In this document: positions 42,117 to 52,213 of the stretch, piece after piece | Position numbering within the stretch: position 1 is the stretch's first letter | Layout of the letters: every line of letters begins with the position of its first letter | Assembly: GCF_044324875.1 (NCBI RefSeq) | Contig: NZ_CP172185.1 | Origin: Escherichia coli | GTDB lineage: Bacteria; Pseudomonadota; Gammaproteobacteria; Enterobacterales; Enterobacteriaceae | DNA length: 64,000 nt | Strand: one strand, 5' to 3' | The notes under the pieces: model-generated | What the model was told of the DNA's origin: nothing | What the model saw: only the letters and a program-made list of their open reading frames with translations | Database searches by the model: none | Translations under genes and position numbers: made by a program

Positions 42117-43622
42117 TCATGGCATGGCCATGAGCATTTTCACGTCCGCATCACCGTCTGCTGACGTCTGTGGCACGCCACCCTGTACCGCTGCCGGTGA
42201 ATGGTTCGCCATGAAATGTTCAAACATGGCGGTTGTGGATGCAGAGACCGGTTCTGCCTTACCTGATCCCGCAGCCAGCACAGCCCGGGCGTTCTCCACG
42301 GTCATTCCCGGGCAGGCAGCCAGCTGTTCAGCCTGCGCCTCAGCCCCTTTTGCCTCATCCAGGGCCATGATCTGATCACGGAGTGATGGTCCGGCATCCG
42401 CCTGCGGTGAAGCTGCCAGGATCGGGCGGGCTTTTTCCACCGTCATCTCCGGCATCGCCGCCAGCGTTGCCGCCAGTTGTTCACGACCTTTCGCCTCTTC
42501 ACACGCCATAATGCGATCGGCTTCACTCTGCGCGGATGCCACCGGCTGCTGTGGTGCCGCCGCGGCCAGGATCTCCCGGGCCTGTTCAACGCTCATGCCC
42601 TGTTGTCCCGCCAGCATCGTGGCAAGCTGTTCACGTCCTTTCGCTTCCTTACTCGTCAGGATCCCCATCACTCGCTGGTTCTCCTGCGCGGCGGCTTCCG
42701 TTGCAGTTAATTGCGGCATAGTGCCTCCTGTATCATGTGTGTACAGCGCCGTGGTCATCACACTGATGGCATCCGACGCATTGACTAATTCATCCGCCAG
42801 CCCGGCCTCAATGCCGGACTGACCTTCAAAAACGGCGGCCTCTGTTCCCGTGACCACATCCACAGACAGCCCGGTATACATCGCCACTTTTTCGGCAAAC
42901 ATCCGGTGTGCCGCATCAATGCGCTGCTGCATGTCCTGACGCACCTCTTCCGGTAAGGCTTCAAACTGATTGCCATCCACCTTGTGCGCCCCGGCATAAA
43001 TCAGCGTGATATCCACACCGGCCTGCGCCAGATGACCGGCATAGCTGAGATGGCTCATCATCACGCCAATGGAGCCGATACGGGATGTCTGGGTAACCAG
43101 CCGTCGGGAGCAGGCCGACGCCAGCAGCATGGCTGCAGAACAGGCCGTGTCATTGCACACTGCCCAGACCGGCTTCTGCTGACGGAGGCGGTAAATCATG
43201 TCAGCGCAGTCAAACGCGCCTGCGGCCTGCCCGCCCGGACTGTCAATGTCCAGCAGTACGCCCCGGACAGCGGTGTCCGCCATTGCCTGCTGAAGACAGG
43301 CGACAATGCCGTCATAGCCTGTCATTCCGGAAAATGGCCGCATACCACCCAGCCGGTGCACCAGCATGCCGGTCACCGGCAGTACAGCAATACCGTTCAC
43401 CACCCGGTAAACACGGGCCGGTCGTTTACCTCCGGCCATGTACTCGTCCGTTTCAGCCAGCATTCCGGGAGCATCAAGCTGTACCTGCTGTTGTGGTACC
43501 GAAAGACTTGCTGCCCCCATCTCGCGCCCGAGCGCGCAAAAGAAAACCCGCGCATAGGCGGGCTCCAGAAGCAGCGGTTCATTGAATGCTGCGGCAATAA
43601 TGTGTGAAAGATTACGTCTCAC
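42117..43622 (-). CDS. Head maturation protease/scaffold (lambda gpC with nested Nu3-like region)
   Basis: 501 aa; S49-type protease N-terminus and Ala/Glu-rich C-terminal part with three EAKGxE repeats. Confidence 0.85.
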   Translation of the reverse strand: MRRNLSHIIAAAFNEPLLLEPAYARVFFCALGREMGAASLSVPQQQVQLDAPGMLAETDEYMAGGKRPARVYRVVNGIAVLPVTGMLVHRLGGMRPFSGMTGYDGIVACLQQAMADTAVRGVLLDIDSPGGQAAGAFDCADMIYRLRQQKPVWAVCNDTACSAAMLLASACSRRLVTQTSRIGSIGVMMSHLSYAGHLAQAGVDITLIYAGAHKVDGNQFEALPEEVRQDMQQRIDAAHRMFAEKVAMYTGLSVDVVTGTEAAVFEGQSGIEAGLADELVNASDAISVMTTALYTHDTGGTMPQLTATEAAAQENQRVMGILTSKEAKGREQLATMLAGQQGMSVEQAREILAAAAPQQPVASAQSEADRIMACEEAKGREQLAATLAAMPEMTVEKARPILAASPQADAGPSLRDQIMALDEAKGAEAQAEQLAACPGMTVENARAVLAAGSGKAEPVSASTTAMFEHFMANHSPAAVQGGVPQTSADGDADVKMLMAMP

Positions 43623-45204
43623 GTGGTGTTGTCTCCTCTTCCGGCCTGCGACTCGCCGCTATCTGCTGCTGATACGCCTGCGCTATCCACACCGGACGTG
43701 AGAGTCCGGCTTTTTCCCGCTCTGCAGATTCCCTGACCTGCTGGCGGAAAATGTCCTGATAATCCTCACCCATCAGCGCCAGCTCTTTCTCATACGTGCT
43801 CAGTCCGGCCTCAATGCGCATCACCGATTCCTGGACCTCCTTGAGCCCGTCAATGGCCATTCTTCCGGCTCCAATCCACTCTGCCCGTGACCAGGATGAA
43901 CGCGCCTGATAAAAATCAAAACGCGCCCGTGGCGGACGAATAATCCCCCGCAGAAGAGCCTCTTCCAGCCAGCAGGAAAACATCTGCGTGGCCAGCCGGG
44001 CCGCAATAAATTTTCGCCGCCCCATAAAATAGCGCCACGACTCATTGGCGGAGGCGCGGGCACTTGAATAACTGACCTTCGAGTAATCACGGGACAACTG
44101 TTCGTAGGAAACGCCAAGACCGGCGGCGATATACCGCAGCAGCGCCTGTTCAAGCGCAGAAAATCCATTGTCTGAATCCTGCGCAGTCTGTAGTTTCAGA
44201 TCATCACCGGGGAAAAGGTGCGGAATTTTGACACCGCCCAGTGTCACGTTATTCGTGTCATACCAGCTGGAGAACTTCTCCAGAATATTAATAAGCGGAT
44301 TATCCTTCTGCCCCTCCGGCGCACCGGCGATATATTCAAAGGCCTTTTCGGTATCAAGTTCACTTTCAATCGTCGCTGCATACATCGCCTTCACTATGGC
44401 TGACTGAAGCTGTGTTGCCTGCAGGGAATCGAGCATTTTCAGCCGTTCCATGACGCTGTAAAACTGATTAGCCCCACGGGTCTGCCCGTCCTCAACCGGC
44501 TCGAAAATATGCAGCATGGCCGGACGCCCGGTGGGAAGTTCACGCGGGATCCGTTCCCATCGTCCACTACCAGAGAGCGGAAAATCATCCTCACAGATAT
44601 GGTACGCAACGGCCCGTCCATGCCGATCGACCTCCACCCCGGCCCGCAGAAAGCGGTTCCCCAAACCGTATCCTGGCGTGTCCACCCGTTTCGGACTCAC
44701 GGCTTTAAAACGCGTACGAAACAGCTGCGTAGTCTCCGCATCCCAGACCGGCTGCACAAAGATTTCGCCGTTAAACGCATGAACGCCCACGCCTTCCCGG
44801 ATAAATTCCGTGAACGTGCGTTTTCCTTCCACGTCGATCTCGCCAGACATCCCTTCGGCGTATTCCGACCAGGCCGCCTCCACCTCATCGACAAAGCTTT
44901 TTGCTGCGGTCTCCCGCATCCCCAGCCAGCGCCAGTTCGGACGGTAGCTGATCAGAAACATATGCCCGACTATGTGATCCTTATGCAGGGCCACCGCATT
45001 AGCCGCTATTCCGTTATTGCGCACCAGATCATCTGCCCGGGCATTCCCCAGACGCAACGCGGGCAGCAGGGCCGCATCGACACTCTGCGCCGGTGGCAAC
45101 CACTCCGCCATTTGCCCGCCAAATCCTGCGCCGCCCCCGTTGTAGCTGAGACTCTCACGAAGCGGAACGCCGTTCACATCAATCAGGACAGGCGTTCTTT
45201 TCAT
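43612..45204 (-). CDS. Portal protein (lambda gpB-like)
   Basis: 530 aa in lambda B position between W and C. Confidence 0.9.
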   Translation of the reverse strand: MKRTPVLIDVNGVPLRESLSYNGGGAGFGGQMAEWLPPAQSVDAALLPALRLGNARADDLVRNNGIAANAVALHKDHIVGHMFLISYRPNWRWLGMRETAAKSFVDEVEAAWSEYAEGMSGEIDVEGKRTFTEFIREGVGVHAFNGEIFVQPVWDAETTQLFRTRFKAVSPKRVDTPGYGLGNRFLRAGVEVDRHGRAVAYHICEDDFPLSGSGRWERIPRELPTGRPAMLHIFEPVEDGQTRGANQFYSVMERLKMLDSLQATQLQSAIVKAMYAATIESELDTEKAFEYIAGAPEGQKDNPLINILEKFSSWYDTNNVTLGGVKIPHLFPGDDLKLQTAQDSDNGFSALEQALLRYIAAGLGVSYEQLSRDYSKVSYSSARASANESWRYFMGRRKFIAARLATQMFSCWLEEALLRGIIRPPRARFDFYQARSSWSRAEWIGAGRMAIDGLKEVQESVMRIEAGLSTYEKELALMGEDYQDIFRQQVRESAEREKAGLSRPVWIAQAYQQQIAASRRPEEETTPRET

Positions 45205-45407
45205 AACCTCACTCCCAGCGGACGACGGCGACGTCGGGTTGTCCCCAGTACCGACTCCGCATCATTGATCGCCCGGTTAAGCTCATCCAGAGAAGCCGCC
45301 GTATATTCAATTCTGCGACCATCTTTCTGGACAGACACCACCCGTTTACCGGTTAATAAATCAAGGCGCGCCTGACGCAGCGCCTGCAGTTCAGCGACTG
45401 TAACCAT
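45201..45407 (-). CDS. Head-tail joining protein (lambda gpW-like)
   Basis: 68 aa, same length as lambda W. Confidence 0.85.
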   Translation of the reverse strand: MVTVAELQALRQARLDLLTGKRVVSVQKDGRRIEYTAASLDELNRAINDAESVLGTTRRRRRPLGVRL

Positions 45408-47319
45408 TCACTCCTCCGGACAGCTTCGCTGCCAGTTCTTTAAGGGTTGGCCGGGTCGTCTCTTCTTCCCGGGATTTTGCCAGTACAGCCAGATCAAGCT
45501 GCCAGCGTTGCACGGACACACGTAATGCCGCGTAGGCATACACCAGGCAGTCCAGCGCTTCGTTACGCCGCTTTTTGTTATCCCACAGCAGACGCATCTT
45601 TCCTTTTTCCCACTTCTCCACAAGCTCTTCCGCGACCAGTTGCTGCGCCTCTGTCTGCGAAAAAATCTCCGGATCATCAGGAAAACGGATAGCATACGAC
45701 GTGGATTCATCCGCAGGCGTGGGAGCGGCTTTCATACGGGCATAGAGAATTTCTTTTGCGGTGTCTGTCCCCACTTCACACAGATACACGCCCCGCTGAT
45801 TGCGGGTTTTTGGCATGGTGATCACCGGCTTGCCATAGACAGATGCGCCTTTTACCGGCAGCACCCGGAAAACACCGTGTTTTTTTGACCTCTGATAAAC
45901 GATTTCTCCATCGATCCCCCCGATGTCCCAGCAGACACGGGAAATGGTCATTTCGGTTCCGTCTGCATGGCAGTATTTTTTGTTGATCGCTGCATCCACA
46001 CGTAACAGCGTCTCTTCCTCATCGGGACGCCCCATAATAATGATTTTATCCACCAGAAAGGCTTCCTCTCCCGGAGCCCATCCCCAGACATACATCTCAA
46101 AACGGTTTCGCTGCGAGTCAATGCCCGCCGTCAGATAAACCACCCGGGCAGGCACCGCCGCCGTGTAACGCACAACCTTATCCATCAGTACCTGGTGATC
46201 GAGTTTTTCGCCCACGGCCTCTTCCCAGGTCTCGCCCAGCGTGGTGTTCACAAAGGTTTTCAGGCCGTTGGGATCTTTCAGTGCATCCAGCCAGTCATAG
46301 ACTATCTGTACCCAGGTGGTGAACGGACTGTACGCCGTCCAGATATGGAAAGTGATGGAGCGCGGCGGCGGAATTTCATCACCCCGGGCGCTGAAAAACA
46401 TCAGGCCGTCACGGGTCCACATCCCCGTGTTTTCACAGATCCACCGCCCGTTACTCTGGTCAAGCTCAGACTGATGGATCACACAGCCATGATGCTCACA
46501 AAGGTAGAAAACGCTTTCGGGGCTGTCCTTCTCCCATTTAAGGCCAAAAGGCGTGGATTCATCGCCAAATTTCAGATACTGCGCCTCCCCACAGTGCGGG
46601 CAGGGCACATAAAAACGCATGAAATGTGCCGACTCGTTAGCGGCTTTTTCGATCTGGCAGGAGCCTTTGATTTTAGGCGTCGAGCCGCGAATGGATTTTG
46701 GCCATACAGAGCCCTCAATACGCTTATCCCCCAGCAGGGTTGGCGAGCCCTCTTTTTCAACATCAGGTTCAAACGATGAGAGTTCGTCATAGCAGACCAC
46801 GTCCACGGATTTTTCACGGTAGTTTTTTGCTGCCGCACCACCCAGGCACCAGAAGCCCACACCCGATGAAAAGCGTTTCAGCGTGAGAGTATTGTCACGA
46901 TGTTTACGCCCCAGCCATGGAGAAAGGTCTTTCAGACATGACACATCCCGAATCGTCGCCTCCACGTGAGACTTCATAAAATCTTCAGCGGCAGAATCCG
47001 TGGGCTGAAAAAGCAGACTGTTTCGGGATTTATGCTCAATAAAATACCCGACCACCCCCAGCAACATCTTTGTATAACCAATACGGGCAGATTTAATCAG
47101 GTTAACAGTGCGAATCAGATCGTTGCCCATACAGTTCATGATGGCGATCTGGAACGGCAGCGTTTTCCATTCTCCCTCACCATATGAAGATTCTTTAGGC
47201 AGATAATAATTTTGATCAGCCCATTCAACTGCCGTCACCGGCAATGCCCTTATCAGGGGCTGTAATGCTGTTGTGACAGCACTCATCATATTATTCAGTT
47301 GTTGCTCTGATATATTCAT
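45391..47319 (-). CDS. Terminase large subunit (lambda gpA-like)
   Basis: Start refined to MNISEQQL (642 aa); conserved blocks match lambda A. Confidence 0.92.
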   Translation of the reverse strand: MNISEQQLNNMMSAVTTALQPLIRALPVTAVEWADQNYYLPKESSYGEGEWKTLPFQIAIMNCMGNDLIRTVNLIKSARIGYTKMLLGVVGYFIEHKSRNSLLFQPTDSAAEDFMKSHVEATIRDVSCLKDLSPWLGRKHRDNTLTLKRFSSGVGFWCLGGAAAKNYREKSVDVVCYDELSSFEPDVEKEGSPTLLGDKRIEGSVWPKSIRGSTPKIKGSCQIEKAANESAHFMRFYVPCPHCGEAQYLKFGDESTPFGLKWEKDSPESVFYLCEHHGCVIHQSELDQSNGRWICENTGMWTRDGLMFFSARGDEIPPPRSITFHIWTAYSPFTTWVQIVYDWLDALKDPNGLKTFVNTTLGETWEEAVGEKLDHQVLMDKVVRYTAAVPARVVYLTAGIDSQRNRFEMYVWGWAPGEEAFLVDKIIIMGRPDEEETLLRVDAAINKKYCHADGTEMTISRVCWDIGGIDGEIVYQRSKKHGVFRVLPVKGASVYGKPVITMPKTRNQRGVYLCEVGTDTAKEILYARMKAAPTPADESTSYAIRFPDDPEIFSQTEAQQLVAEELVEKWEKGKMRLLWDNKKRRNEALDCLVYAYAALRVSVQRWQLDLAVLAKSREEETTRPTLKELAAKLSGGVNGYSR

Positions 47320-47800
47320 CGAGTAAATCCGGTAATTTATCCCCTGCCCGCGCACACTGATTTGCCCCCTTCGCAATAAGGGTTTTCAGATGGTCAAGAT
47401 GGCGCGGTGTTAAATCAGGAAACTGTCGTTGCATGGATAAAGGGATGGAATCAAGCGTACTGGATAACGCCATTGCCAGCTTGCTGAGGGCAAAAATACA
47501 GAATCCGGTGTCAATAAGTTTTCCTTTTGACACCTCATTTTTTAACTGCTGTGTAACAGCCTGTTCTGCTGTCAGTTCCCATCTGGCAATAAGCAATTTC
47601 TCCTCATAGTCGTCTTCGCTATCGCCATCAGGCACATCGTTTTTACTTCTTCTCAGATACGATATGTAAAAATCACGCCAGGCATCCAGATCCAGTTGCC
47701 CTCGCTTATTCGATATCGGGGCACCCGGCAATTTCTGCAGTCTGCGAAGCTGGCGATCGGTCAGACTCAAATGCCTGGCAACTTCAGTCTGCGTAGCCAC
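47291..47800 (-). CDS. Terminase small subunit (lambda Nu1-like)
   Basis: 169 aa; winged-HTH N-terminus; overlaps the start of A as in lambda. Confidence 0.88.
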   Translation of the reverse strand: MATQTEVARHLSLTDRQLRRLQKLPGAPISNKRGQLDLDAWRDFYISYLRRSKNDVPDGDSEDDYEEKLLIARWELTAEQAVTQQLKNEVSKGKLIDTGFCIFALSKLAMALSSTLDSIPLSMQRQFPDLTPRHLDHLKTLIAKGANQCARAGDKLPDLLDEYIRATTE

Positions 47801-47999
47801 TGTTCACCTCGCAAAAAATCTCCCCTCATGCGTTTTAAACATGCATCTTGCGAGCAACTTTATGCAAACGCACGCATATGTCCGGTTTGTTTGTACATTT
47901 TTTGCACATGTCCGGTTCGCAGAAAGCATGTTTTTATATTTTTCATATAGTTAACTTGCAGAGAAACCGGACATGGATCCCGGAAAATTTTCATAAATA

Positions 48000-48035
48000 G
48001 CGAAAACGCGCGAGGTCGACGCCCCGTAACGGGCC
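48000..48035 (-). other. cos site (cosN cohesive-end sequence GGGCGTCGACCT at 48013..48024, with cosB-like flank)
   Basis: Minus strand reads ttacggggcgtcgacctcgcgcgttttcgctatttatgaaaattttccgg, near-identical to the lambda cos region; 224 bp upstream of Nu1. Confidence 0.8.
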
Positions 48036-48174
48036 GGATTGCCGGAAAGGACCCGAAAAAACGAGAATAATTATCACTTACAGCAAGAATCGAATCTGAT
48101 CTATTCTGATGCTTGCTATTATGTGCCGGCACAAGTGCGTCGTTTACCGTCATTTCACACAGAGGCATCATCAA

Positions 48175-48426
48175 ATGAAAATCAGAAATATTCTCGCTAT
48201 CTCCCTTGCAACATCATCCTTCAGTTGCCTGGCATTTAAACCCTCGCCCAATGTGCTACCAGGACCAACGAATCAACTAACTGCGGTAGAAAGTAAAATT
48301 ATCGGACATTTTTATGCCCCACACAGTGCATTACCCGGAACAACCATCACAGGGACATGTGACGCCTCCCCCATTCCGGGATGCACCTGTCCGTTTTGTA
48401 CTATGCTGCGTAGCCAAAACCGATAA
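48175..48426 (+). CDS. Small secreted Cys-rich protein (signal peptide MKIRNILAISLATSSFSCLA)
   Basis: ATG with GAGG-type RBS; hydrophobic leader; opposite strand to the phage late operon. Confidence 0.4.
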   Translation: MKIRNILAISLATSSFSCLAFKPSPNVLPGPTNQLTAVESKIIGHFYAPHSALPGTTITGTCDASPIPGCTCPFCTMLRSQNR

Positions 48427-48790
48427 CATCCGCATTTACCTGGTATTCCATGATGAGTTCACGCAGCGACTGATAGAGGAAGGAAAGATGGTTAGCAAAA
48501 GCAAAGGCGCATTGCCGCCGCATGCTGCAGGCATTGCAACAGACGAGAGCAGATATTTTTGACCAGTTGGAAAACTGCCAGCATACTTTGCCCGAGCATA
48601 TCGCCATCTCATCGGAAACCAGTGCAACTCTTATTCATCGGGTTACACCAGAGAAAAAGAAGAAATGAACAGTGAGGCGTTGTGTGGCATACAACGCCTT
48701 CTTCCATCATTTCTCGTCAGCCATGACAAAAATATAACCGCTGGCTCTTTCATTTTTCTCCTGCTTCCAGCCCCTCTCTACCTGGAAGCA

Positions 48791-49117
48791 TCAGGGACGT
48801 GATGGCGTAAAGATAAATTGTCTCTTCACTCCCTGACGGGGACTATTCTTTTCAAATCTCCATTTCGCCATGGCCTTCACCACTTCATCACGAAACAAAT
48901 TATGAGGCTCTGAGCGGAGAAAAACGATCCGTGTCACAGTCCCGTCAGCACCAATATCGAACTTAACCTCAACCAGCCCCTTGATATAATTTGCTGCAGC
49001 ATATTCCGGATATCGTGGATACACCGTCACTAATTGCCGGGGCTCATCAGCTTTTTGCTGCGAGCATCCCACTGCCAGGGCAGATAACAGAAAAAGTAGT
49101 GAAAGGCGTCTTTTCAT
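48791..49117 (-). CDS. Lipoprotein with TonB C-terminal-like domain
   Basis: Signal peptide plus Cys (MKRRLSLLFLLSALAVGC); C-terminal 75 aa align motif-by-motif with the E. coli TonB C-terminal domain. Confidence 0.6.
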   Translation of the reverse strand: MKRRLSLLFLLSALAVGCSQQKADEPRQLVTVYPRYPEYAAANYIKGLVEVKFDIGADGTVTRIVFLRSEPHNLFRDEVVKAMAKWRFEKNSPRQGVKRQFIFTPSRP

Positions 49118-49548
49118 TTTTATTCCTACGGGTCTTATTCTGACAATATATCCTGTGTTCCAGACTGCCACATCACCACATCCTGTGCCATTATCTGACT
49201 CACATTACATACATCGCATCAGGATACAGTAGTAGCACTTTCTGTAATACAGCTTCCGGTTTCTTCCACCATCGCACCGGACAGGCGACTATGAGGGATA
49301 AACCCGCGAATCATTAACGCGGTAAAAACCCGGTGTACATCGTTTTTGATTATTCCCGCACACTCGCGCAGAAGGAGTTCCCCGTCGGGCTACGGTTTCT
49401 GTTCATACGGGAATACGGCGACTATATAGCGAATGATGTGTCAGGCTTGAATACCTTTATCCGTTAAAAGGGATATCAATTAAGTTATCCCGTACAGGGT
49501 ATAAGCCATTATCAAAGCCACTCTGTAGCGAATGGCTTTTGTAATGGA

Positions 49549-49998
49549 CTATTTAATTAGTGATGCTGCGTATTCGATTAGATATAACTTAGGTGCCAGC
49601 CAGATTTTTAACCATGTCATATTGGTTACTGCACAAATAATAAAAATCCCCCACATAGTCAAAACTCCAACCAATGGCACGATAAGAAGATTAATATCAC
49701 CTTTGCTATCCCAAACCATTGTCGGCCTGTATTTGGGATTTCCCTTCTCCCATGAATATCCTTCATCACCGATTTTACCTGTCTCAACTCTTTGGCACTG
49801 CTTCTTCATAAACCAGAAAACCAGAGGGATTGTTGAAATGGCTATTAATGTTTTAATCAGGCTATCAACCATATTCCATACCAGCAACTGATGAACAACA
49901 TCCGGAATCTGAGCCTGACTGAATGCAATGGCGGAATCAATTCCATCGCTGGCCTTCTTCAATAAATCAACAAGAATTTTATTTGCTTCTTCTTGCAT
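49549..49998 (-). CDS. Small inner-membrane protein encoded in AT-rich DNA (start at internal Met MQEEANKIL)
   Basis: Two or three predicted TM helices; sharp drop in GC at about 50000; upstream part of the 209-aa ORF is a different, GC-rich reading context. Confidence 0.45.
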   Translation of the reverse strand: MQEEANKILVDLLKKASDGIDSAIAFSQAQIPDVVHQLLVWNMVDSLIKTLIAISTIPLVFWFMKKQCQRVETGKIGDEGYSWEKGNPKYRPTMVWDSKGDINLLIVPLVGVLTMWGIFIICAVTNMTWLKIWLAPKLYLIEYAASLIK

Positions 49999-50174
49999 GT
50001 TTATATCCTGTAAGTTGTAAACCGGTTCGAACAAATAAGTTACCAAGAGAGACAAAGATACCGAGCAACCACGGTCGCACACGATGTTTATCGCAGTAAC
50101 CAGAACTGTCTGTGATTGTACCTGCGCATCCACGCTTACGGCAGGCACGTGGGATTCGTGATGGCATAAATACC

Positions 50175-50375
50175 TCACACCCTGTTCAGTTGAATGACGG
50201 GCTGATTCTCGATATGTTCTGCTGTCAGTCTGAAAGTCACAGTGACTGTTGGTGGCTCGCCTCCGCGTGACTCTGTCCTGGCGGAAAGCTGCCCCTCCAG
50301 TAACTCACCATTAACTGCAATCCCATACCCTGCGAAATGTTTACCGCGATAAAGTTTTGCCAGTTGGTAATTCAT
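50175..50375 (-). CDS. Hypothetical small protein
   Basis: 66 aa ORF translationally coupled (ATGA overlap) to the upstream small ORF. Confidence 0.4.
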   Translation of the reverse strand: MNYQLAKLYRGKHFAGYGIAVNGELLEGQLSARTESRGGEPPTVTVTFRLTAEHIENQPVIQLNRV

Positions 50376-50629
50376 TTGCCTGCATCCTCCAGCGACAACC
50401 CAATTCGCCCATGAAGCAATGTGGCCGATACAATCCCGGCATTACACTCAACGATTATATCTTCATCCGTGGCATCCACTTCATATATTCGTGAATAACA
50501 TTCCGTGCATTTACCACTGAATGTACCTTCAGCCAGAACACGACCACGCTGTAAAATCCGGAACGGGATTCTTCCATTAAAGAGCTTTGCGGTTACCAGT
50601 AATTTCTTCATACATTCTCCTGATAACAA
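50372..50629 (-). CDS. Hypothetical small protein with CxxC pair
   Basis: 85 aa ORF starting 6 bp after Rz stop. Confidence 0.4.
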   Translation of the reverse strand: MLSGECMKKLLVTAKLFNGRIPFRILQRGRVLAEGTFSGKCTECYSRIYEVDATDEDIIVECNAGIVSATLLHGRIGLSLEDAGK

Positions 50630-50634
50630 AAAGG

Positions 50635-51117
50635 CTACTTAATGCACTGAGTGCGGATATACTCCTGTGCCCCTTCCAGTTGCTTCTGCATCGTCATCAA
50701 CCGTTCTCTGAGGGTGAAATAATCCCGTTCAGCGGTGTCTGCCAGTCGGGGGCTGGTTGCATTATCCACGCTGGTGGGTCCGGTGGCTTCACGCACGGCT
50801 TCGGAGCAACTGGCATTGACCCGCAGGCGCTTACGGCCAGCGGCAACATCAGCGCGCAGAGTTTCATTTTCAGCTTTCGCATTGGCTAATTCTCTCGAGT
50901 ACTTTGCATCGAGCGCAGCAACATCACGCTGACGCTGCTGCATGTCAGTAATGGTGGCGGTCGCCTGCTTCAGTTCACTGACTTTTTTATCACGCTGTTC
51001 TTTGTAGGCTATGGCGTTATCACGGTAATGATTGACCGCCAACGACAGGCAGACGATGATGCAGATAACCAGAGCATAAATAATCGCGGCGACTCTGCTC
51101 ACTGATCTATCCCCCAA
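50635..51117 (-). CDS. Rz i-spanin
   Basis: 160 aa with N-terminal TM and coiled-coil; near-identical blocks to lambda Rz. Confidence 0.92.
   Translation of the reverse strand: MGDRSVSRVAAIIYALVICIIVCLSLAVNHYRDNAIAYKEQRDKKVSELKQATATITDMQQRQRDVAALDAKYSRELANAKAENETLRADVAAGRKRLRVNASCSEAVREATGPTSVDNATSPRLADTAERDYFTLRERLMTMQKQLEGAQEYIRTQCIK
50697..50882 (-). CDS. Rz1 o-spanin lipoprotein, embedded in Rz in +1 frame
   Basis: 61 aa with lipobox and proline-rich core (…[30 protein letters not shown]). Confidence 0.9.
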   Translation of the reverse strand: MRKLKMKLCALMLPLAVSACGSMPVAPKPCVKPPDPPAWIMQPAPDWQTPLNGIISPSENG

Positions 51118-51632
51118 CAGGCTAATGCGCTTTCCTGGTCACGACGAATAACCTGTCCATAGCAGTTATTTGAACGTATGCGGCAATCGCGCCCACCATC
51201 TTTTATCCACCAGCGAATCGCCTCGCATGCGCCCTTACGATCACCGGCATTCAGCCGCTTATAAAACGTCGACGGGAAACACTTACCGGGGCCAATGTTA
51301 TAGGGACAGAATGACGCAATACCCGCTTTCTGTGCTTCGGTCAGTGGAACTTTAATATTGCGCTCCACCCATGCCAGCGCCTTATCACGCTCAATGGCAT
51401 TAACCTGAGCGCATTTTTCCTTCGACAGCTTCATTCCGGGAAAAACGTGTTTTCCATCCACCACCGTGGCACCGCGGCAGATGGTCCATATGCCAGAACC
51501 ATCGCGGTATGCCGTTGTGTGGTTACCCTCTTTTTCGTCCAGAAACTGATCAAGTATCTGAGGAGCAGATGCGCCAGCACCAATCAGCGCCAGAACGGCA
51601 GCCGACAGGCCGTATCTGATTTTTGCGTTCAT
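51099..51632 (-). CDS. SAR endolysin (phage 21-type lysozyme)
   Basis: 177 aa with weakly hydrophobic N-terminal signal-anchor ([16 protein letters not shown]) and lysozyme-like body. Confidence 0.85.
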   Translation of the reverse strand: MNAKIRYGLSAAVLALIGAGASAPQILDQFLDEKEGNHTTAYRDGSGIWTICRGATVVDGKHVFPGMKLSKEKCAQVNAIERDKALAWVERNIKVPLTEAQKAGIASFCPYNIGPGKCFPSTFYKRLNAGDRKGACEAIRWWIKDGGRDCRIRSNNCYGQVIRRDQESALACWGIDQ

Positions 51633-51755
51633 GTATATTTATCAGGATCTAAAGGTTTATAATCCTGGATATATCAGGTATATAATCCAGTACCAGCATG
51701 TCTCATAAACATACCCGTTCAGGAAAACCAAACGACAACAGATGAGGCTTCAGAA

Positions 51756-52133
51756 ATGAACAGTAAAGAAAATTTGCGCAGTAGATTTTTGCAACTAATG
51801 ACAGAAAAAGTTAAATCAGCGCTACTTCCACTTATGGTGGATAATAACGAAGCAACGAGCAGCATCCTTGCAGACCCTTACGGTAAACTCTCGCATAAAA
51901 CGCTGGATATTATTATGAGTGCATTAACACCCCATATGCTTCAACACCTGAAACAAGATATTAACGCATGGGTGAATGAAGAATTGAGCCCCCCCTGTTC
52001 ATGGGACAGACATTATGCATGGCAGCAAAAAATGAGGATTTTCAATTCATTATCACTAAAGTTCAGAGAACCGAAACAGCGTCCCTTCCCTCTGGAATCA
52101 GACAAAAAACAACCTGATCCCACAGGCCCGTAA
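51756..52133 (+). CDS. Hypothetical protein inserted between holin and endolysin on the opposite strand
   Basis: 125 aa ORF with AT-rich upstream region and a downstream hairpin; no recognisable domain. Confidence 0.5.
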   Translation: MNSKENLRSRFLQLMTEKVKSALLPLMVDNNEATSSILADPYGKLSHKTLDIIMSALTPHMLQHLKQDINAWVNEELSPPCSWDRHYAWQQKMRIFNSLSLKFREPKQRPFPLESDKKQPDPTGP

Positions 52134-52213
52134 TATTTTGAATACCGTGATTATTGATATCACAATGAAAGCTATTCCGCACAGTTATGCCCTGCTCCCC
52201 ACGGGGCATGTCT

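Noticed and set aside
49549-50178. Full 209-aa ORF as a single gene
   Set aside because: The upstream 60 codons lie in GC-rich DNA overlapping an HNH-like frame; the membrane protein most likely starts at the internal Met at 49998.
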